Assembly (NCBI GenBank): GCA_964188305.1
Contig: OZ076885.1
DNA from: Podarcis bocagei
Lineage: Eukaryota
Length of the DNA stretch: 64,000 nucleotides
Strand: one strand, 5' to 3'
Program-made: the position numbers and the translations under genes
The notes under the pieces: model-generated
What the model was told of the DNA's origin: nothing
The model's database searches: none
What the model saw: only the letters and a program-made list of their open reading frames with translations
Part shown: piece by piece, positions 59,101 to 64,000 of the stretch
How the letters are laid out: every line of letters starts with the position of its first letter
Position numbering within the stretch: the stretch's first letter is position 1

Positions 59101-62100
59101 TGTATCTAGTTGAAGACGAAGATAAGAGGGAGCAATCTGTAGGAGAAATCCTCAAGATAATTGCTTGGGACATAGTTTTAGCCTGAAATGAAAAAAAAAC
59201 CAAAACCCTATGACACTGGAGACAGCTTGGAAAACTCTTAATTGCACCCCAGGGTTCACTAGTAAACCAGAAGATGAAAGTACGGACTTGAAGGCACATA
59301 GTGTGGTTTAACTGCTCAAGTCAAGTAGGCCTGGCCCTATAGACTGCAATCATATTTATTTATCTGCTTACTGTGTTTTTAAATTCTAAGAAGTAGCATT
59401 AAAATAATAAGCTCAAAACAGATAATTATGGCCATAGAAATACCACCTTAAAAAATAAGGATAAAAGATAAGATTTTAAAGGCCTGTGAGAATAAAAACA
59501 TCTTCACCAATTTTGAAAAGCATTCCACAAGCAAGGGGCCACTATCCTGGCTTCCTACCTTTCTTTAGCTTGTGGGGGCACACAATGATAAGAGGTCATT
59601 GTTGGGTACATGTGGGAAAAGAGGATCCTTTGGATACTGTGGTCCCAAGCTTATGAAGGGCTTTAAAAGTCAGAACCTGGAATTGAATTGGAACTGGATT
59701 TGGACTGGGAGTCAGCGAAGATGATTAAGTCCTTGTGTAATACAATCATAGTTAGTACTCTTTCAGCCATATTCTGTACTGATGGCAGTTTCCAGCAAGC
59801 CTTCAAAGGTAGCACCACATATAATGTATTACAATAATCTATAAGGAAAATTGTATAAGCTAACTCTGATGTTACAGGACAAGTATTAGAGTATTCTGCT
59901 GCTGTGATTTGATACGGTTTTAATTGATGGTTTTGTGTTTTTAGCTGCCATGTGCTCTTGTTATAGGAAGGCTTGGAGTATACACATGATGGACAAAAGC
60001 AAATATTTTTCCAGACAAATAGTGGGACAAACTTGGCACTATTTATAAAACCTGCCATAGAATATCCCTGGTAGTTGCTATTACCAATGCATTTATTATG
60101 GAGCAGCAAGAGACTAGTTATCCAGAGTTTTACTTGAGCAGAGAAATGTGTCATTTTTTACAGTCTCACCTGTTACAGTTTTTCATTGTGTAGGTACATT
60201 TTTCATACAACTGTAGCATTTCATTAGTACTGTTACCAGGCAATTGGGCAGTAATATGGGATTCATTGAATGTTTTACTTAGAATCATGTAGGACAGAGA
60301 TTGCTAGAATTATTGTTAGAATGTATACCAGAGCATGAATATCTGTTTAAAAAACAGACATGGGAAGGCATTTTCCAGTTGTTACTACTATTTCAGGATC
60401 TCTTGGTAGTCAGAGCTAGCTTAGCCCAACTTTTATATCTCAGGCAGACAGTGTCAGATTGCATCACGTGACTTGTTCATGCAGCCTATAAAGTTAACAG
60501 AAAATAACTGAAGATGGATAGAAGCAGCTCTGTGCTATTAGAGAGAGGGGGCTTATGAGGGAGTGCAAAATGATGCAGACAGGTGAACATATGGTTGCTC
60601 TTTTGGAGGCTGCTACAGTGGGTTGTCTTAACAAAGGACAAGTTCTAGGCATTCTAAGTGAGGTCAATGTTAGATTTCCCCACTAGTTTCTTGTTAACTA
60701 TAAAGCATAGTGGTGCTTAGCCTTTGTTGAGCAGGAAGAAAAATAGATTAATGACTCATTAGAGGAAGAGAAGCTAATTGTCCTATCTGTTTTGAAGTTT
60801 TGGTAGTGAAAAATGGCAGTTAGGAATAAAAGGTAGCCATGAAGTAAGTTAAGTAAGTAATTTGTTTGTTTGTTTGTTTGTTTACTTAAATTTGTATACC
60901 AACCTTTATCCATAGACCTCAGGGCGTTCCTGGAAAGCTTATGGAAGGTTAATTCTTTGCTAATATACTCAACACTATATACAGGAAACATGAGATTATA
61001 ATGACAATATATTGGGCTAAAGTACTGTATCTACCATGTGTAAGACTTAAATAATAATAAAGCACCATAAAGCAAGTTTATATCTTGGGAAGTAAAATTT
61101 TCTTTTCTTCAAATTTTGTAATATGTATAACACTTCATTTTGGAGGTCCTTCTTTTTTGGACTTGGAAGAGTTTACTCTTGAATTGGAATTCATGAACAA
61201 AAATTGAACAAAGTAGTGTGCTGAGATCTTGCTGTTTGGGCCTTTGGATACGGTGCTCAGATTCCTGTTGTCTTAGCCATCTCTTCAGATTTCTTGCTCA
61301 GATATGGAGATATAAAACCAGTCGGTTGCTTTCTTTTCTGTCTAAAAACAATATACCGTGGAGTCTGAAACGTGGCAGGCTCACATGCTTCTGTGGCCAT
61401 TCAGCTTCCTCAATCTACCAATTTAGTCTTCTTCCTTAGCAGTTCCTGTTATTTGAATGTTCATTTTGCTAAATTGTGTACAGTGTTTCCTCATTCACAT
61501 GCATGGCAGTGTTTGGCCATTGTTGGAATTGGGTACACTTCAGGGATGGATGAACATCTCCTACTCCCTGTTATTTGTGAATCTGAAACTTGGCGTTTCT
61601 TTACATTGTGGCACACTACAGAAATGCAAGAAGTCCTTCTCGATAGTACTGTTTGATGGAACAGCTTGTTCTGTTAAAATTAAACCTTTCTTCTTTGTTT
61701 CAGACTAGTTCGGTTCGATCCTCTTGGGCATTATTTACTCACAGCAATTGTTAACCCTTCCAATCAACAGGTAACTTTTTTATTCAGTTATTAGACGTAT
61801 AACTGGTGTTTCCTGGTGTAGAGTTCTGTGTCTTTTTAAATAGACAGTGGATATTTGCTGTTTTTAAACTGACTGAATATGAATGGTCTAGGTGTATTTG
61901 ATGTAGAATGCTTAAATCTAAATAAGTGTGAATCTGGTAGCACCTGGATAACCACGTGGTAATTTGGTCTCGGCTTCCTAAGAAAAGAAAAAAGGCTGGG
62001 ATATAGTACTACAGAATAAATGTTTATTCATACCCAAAGTTCTGAAATTTTCAAGAATACTTGGCCTTGCTGTGCTGCTGATTGCTTTGCTGTTGTAGCT

Positions 62101-64000
62101 ATCCATACTGGTCAGCCCAAAGCCTCCTTCGTCTGTGATGAGGTTTATGAGCTGCATTAGCGCTTCACTCCTGTGAACTGTGTAAGACTGATATGGTGCC
62201 CTCTCCCTTGACAATCTTCTGCTTTCTCCCTCAGGTCTTAAAATGGTACCTATTGCTTGTTCAGAGAGAATCTGGAGGGGGTACCTTATTGTACTGATGG
62301 CTGACTGGGTCATATTGCCCAAGGTCATGTCCTATACATATAACTTGTGACATCATACTCCTTGAGGCGATCAATTTAACTCTTTCAGCTACTCCTCCCC
62401 CACCCAGGCAGATCTCAAGCAGCCTCTTGGCTTCTGTTTAGTTCAGTTTGCAATAAAAGCAGGATTAAAAAATAATAATCATATAGACGGTATTGGAGTG
62501 TGGTGTCTCCCAGGCTCATGAACTGGAAGCCTGGCTCTTGTAGCTGCCAACAGCACCCCCACCAATTTTGGTGGCAGCTTAAAAAAGATAAAAAATAGGC
62601 ATAGCTCTGAGGTGGGCAGATCCAGTCCCTGAATAGGGATATAAATCATTTTCTCCCTCGTCATCAGCTTGATCATTGGAGCAGAGACAGGGTATCCTCA
62701 GTTGATCTGCACAGAGCAATTGAGGAGGGAGAGATCTTTGTGTGTGTGTGTGTGCTTATACACATGTATACACATGTATACACATGTGCATATATGCTAC
62801 AGGTATATGGTTCCAGGAGGGTTGACTGAGGGTGAATGTGACCCTCAGGCCAAAAAAGGCTAGCTGCTCTTTGTATAAAATGAAGTTGTGGTCCACCTTT
62901 GGCAGAATTGCCATTGTTGGAGTTAACTGTAACAACATGAGTTACCTTTGTGTTTCTTTCCTGGATCTGAGAAGTTAAAAATAATAGTAATAGAGAGTCT
63001 CCCAGTAACTTTGTCCTGCCCAAGGGCAGAGTCTCTGCTTTGCTTGTGGCAAAGTGCATCCTGTTTTTGCATCATCTTATTTTGATGCAAGGTAATTGAT
63101 CACTTGCACTTTCTTCTGCAGAACGATGAAGAGGTGGAAATACCTGTGGATAGTACCGAAATGCCACACTATCGTCAGCGTTCCATCCTCCAATCTCAGC
63201 CTGTGAGACGCACACCACTCCTTCATAACTTCCTGCATATGCTGTCCTCACGTTCTTCTGGTATCCAGGTGGGAGAGCAAAACGCCATGCAAGACTCGGC
63301 TACTCCCTCCCCTCCTCCTCCTCTCCCTCCTCCTCCACCACCACCACCTCCACCTCCACCACCACCACCTCCAGCTAGTGAAGCCTCTAGAGCATCTGCC
63401 TATAATGGCCTCAGTGAGCCTGTCAATTTCCCCTCAGTAAAATGTTGCCAACATCTGGGGGTGCTGTGCCTTTGCAGGCGATGTTCTAGTGCAAGACTTC
63501 CTTCTCTTTTTCCGTCCCAGGACAACACCCCTTCCACATCCTCTGGGTCCACTGGCACTTCCTTTTCTTCTGTGCAAATGGAGCCTTACCAGCCCCAGGA
63601 GCAGGCAACTACAGCACAGCAGGAGCAGGGACTCCTTAACCGACCATCTGCTTTCAGCACTGTACAAAGCAGTACTGCGGGCAACACCCTGCGCAACCTT
63701 AGCCTCGGCCCCACTCGTAGATCCCTTAGTGGGCCTTTGTCTGGCCACTCGTCCAGATTTCACCAGTCTACAAGAGAGATGGCCTCTGGGTTGGAGGGTT
63801 CTGAGTGGACTCGAACAGTGTTGAATATGGGTCCTCGCTCTGAGTTGGAAGGTATGCCTCCTCCTAGAACCAGTGCCTCTTCAGTGAGCTTGTTGTCGGT
63901 ACTGAGACAGCAGGAAGGAAGCTCCCAGTCCTCTGTATATACTTCAGCTACAGAAGGGAGGGGTTTTCCAGCTCCTAGTGCTGAAGCTGAAAGCACTAGC
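56060..64000 (+). CDS. AMBRA1: Activating molecule in BECN1-regulated autophagy 1 (DCAF3), 5' part, 3'-truncated by window
   Basis: Exons 56060-56194, 56672-56730, 58042-58225, 58906-59078, 61704-61770, 63122-end; [19 protein letters not shown]..., WD40 repeats ([23 protein letters not shown]); phases consistent. Confidence 0.97.
56672..56730 (+). CDS. AMBRA1: AMBRA1 coding exon 2
   Basis: [19 protein letters not shown]. Confidence 0.94.
58042..58225 (+). CDS. AMBRA1: AMBRA1 coding exon 3
   Basis: [61 protein letters not shown]. Confidence 0.95.
58906..59078 (+). CDS. AMBRA1: AMBRA1 coding exon 4
   Basis: [57 protein letters not shown]. Confidence 0.95.
61704..61770 (+). CDS. AMBRA1: AMBRA1 coding exon 5
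   Basis: [22 protein letters not shown]. Confidence 0.95.
63122..64000 (+). CDS. AMBRA1: AMBRA1 large coding exon (partial), disordered region
   Basis: [49 protein letters not shown]...[33 protein letters not shown]...; open to the window end. Confidence 0.94.

Noticed and set aside
59663-60154. 163-aa minus-strand ORF
   Set aside because: Partly overlaps a decayed L2-type fragment; no coherent protein similarity.
63067-63097. 8-bp hairpin and AAG|GTAATT donor-like site just upstream of the AMBRA1 large-exon acceptor
   Set aside because: Too close to the acceptor to form an intron, no clear upstream exon, and the stem is short enough to be chance.
44700-63100. Intronic C/D-box snoRNA or miRNA hairpins in AMBRA1 introns
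   Set aside because: Several RTGATGA-like motifs occur, but no matching CTGA with terminal stem was found by eye; an Infernal/Rfam scan would be needed.

Overview
Vertebrate genomic DNA. The repeat content points to a squamate, probably a lacertid lizard (inference). The window holds the conserved block ARHGAP1 - ATG13 - HARBI1 - AMBRA1, the same order and relative orientation as human 11p11.2 read in reverse. It contains the last 6 coding exons and a ~3.5 kb 3'UTR of ARHGAP1 (+), the complete 17-coding-exon ATG13 (-, ~550 aa), and a CpG-island bidirectional promoter shared with HARBI1 (+, 348 aa domesticated Harbinger transposase, 2 coding exons). It ends with the CpG-island promoter and first 6 coding exons of AMBRA1 (+, running off the window end). 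All coding exons were read by hand and show GT-AG boundaries with consistent phases. Introns and spacers carry Tc1/mariner-type and hAT-type MITEs, CR1/L2/RTE/L1 fragments and a SINE. The most unusual non-genic signal is a young ~200-bp near-perfect Penelope-type palindrome in AMBRA1 intron 1 with a minimal hammerhead-ribozyme motif on each strand. Other points of interest are a recursive-splice-like AG|GTGAGT junction at the HARBI1 coding exon, an in-frame exitron candidate with an expanded polyproline tract in AMBRA1, uORFs at both autophagy genes, RBFOX/QKI motifs around ATG13 cassette exons, and an L1 nested in an RTE. No wholly new protein-coding system is evident; the long ORF-track entries outside the four genes are CpG-island or repeat artefacts.
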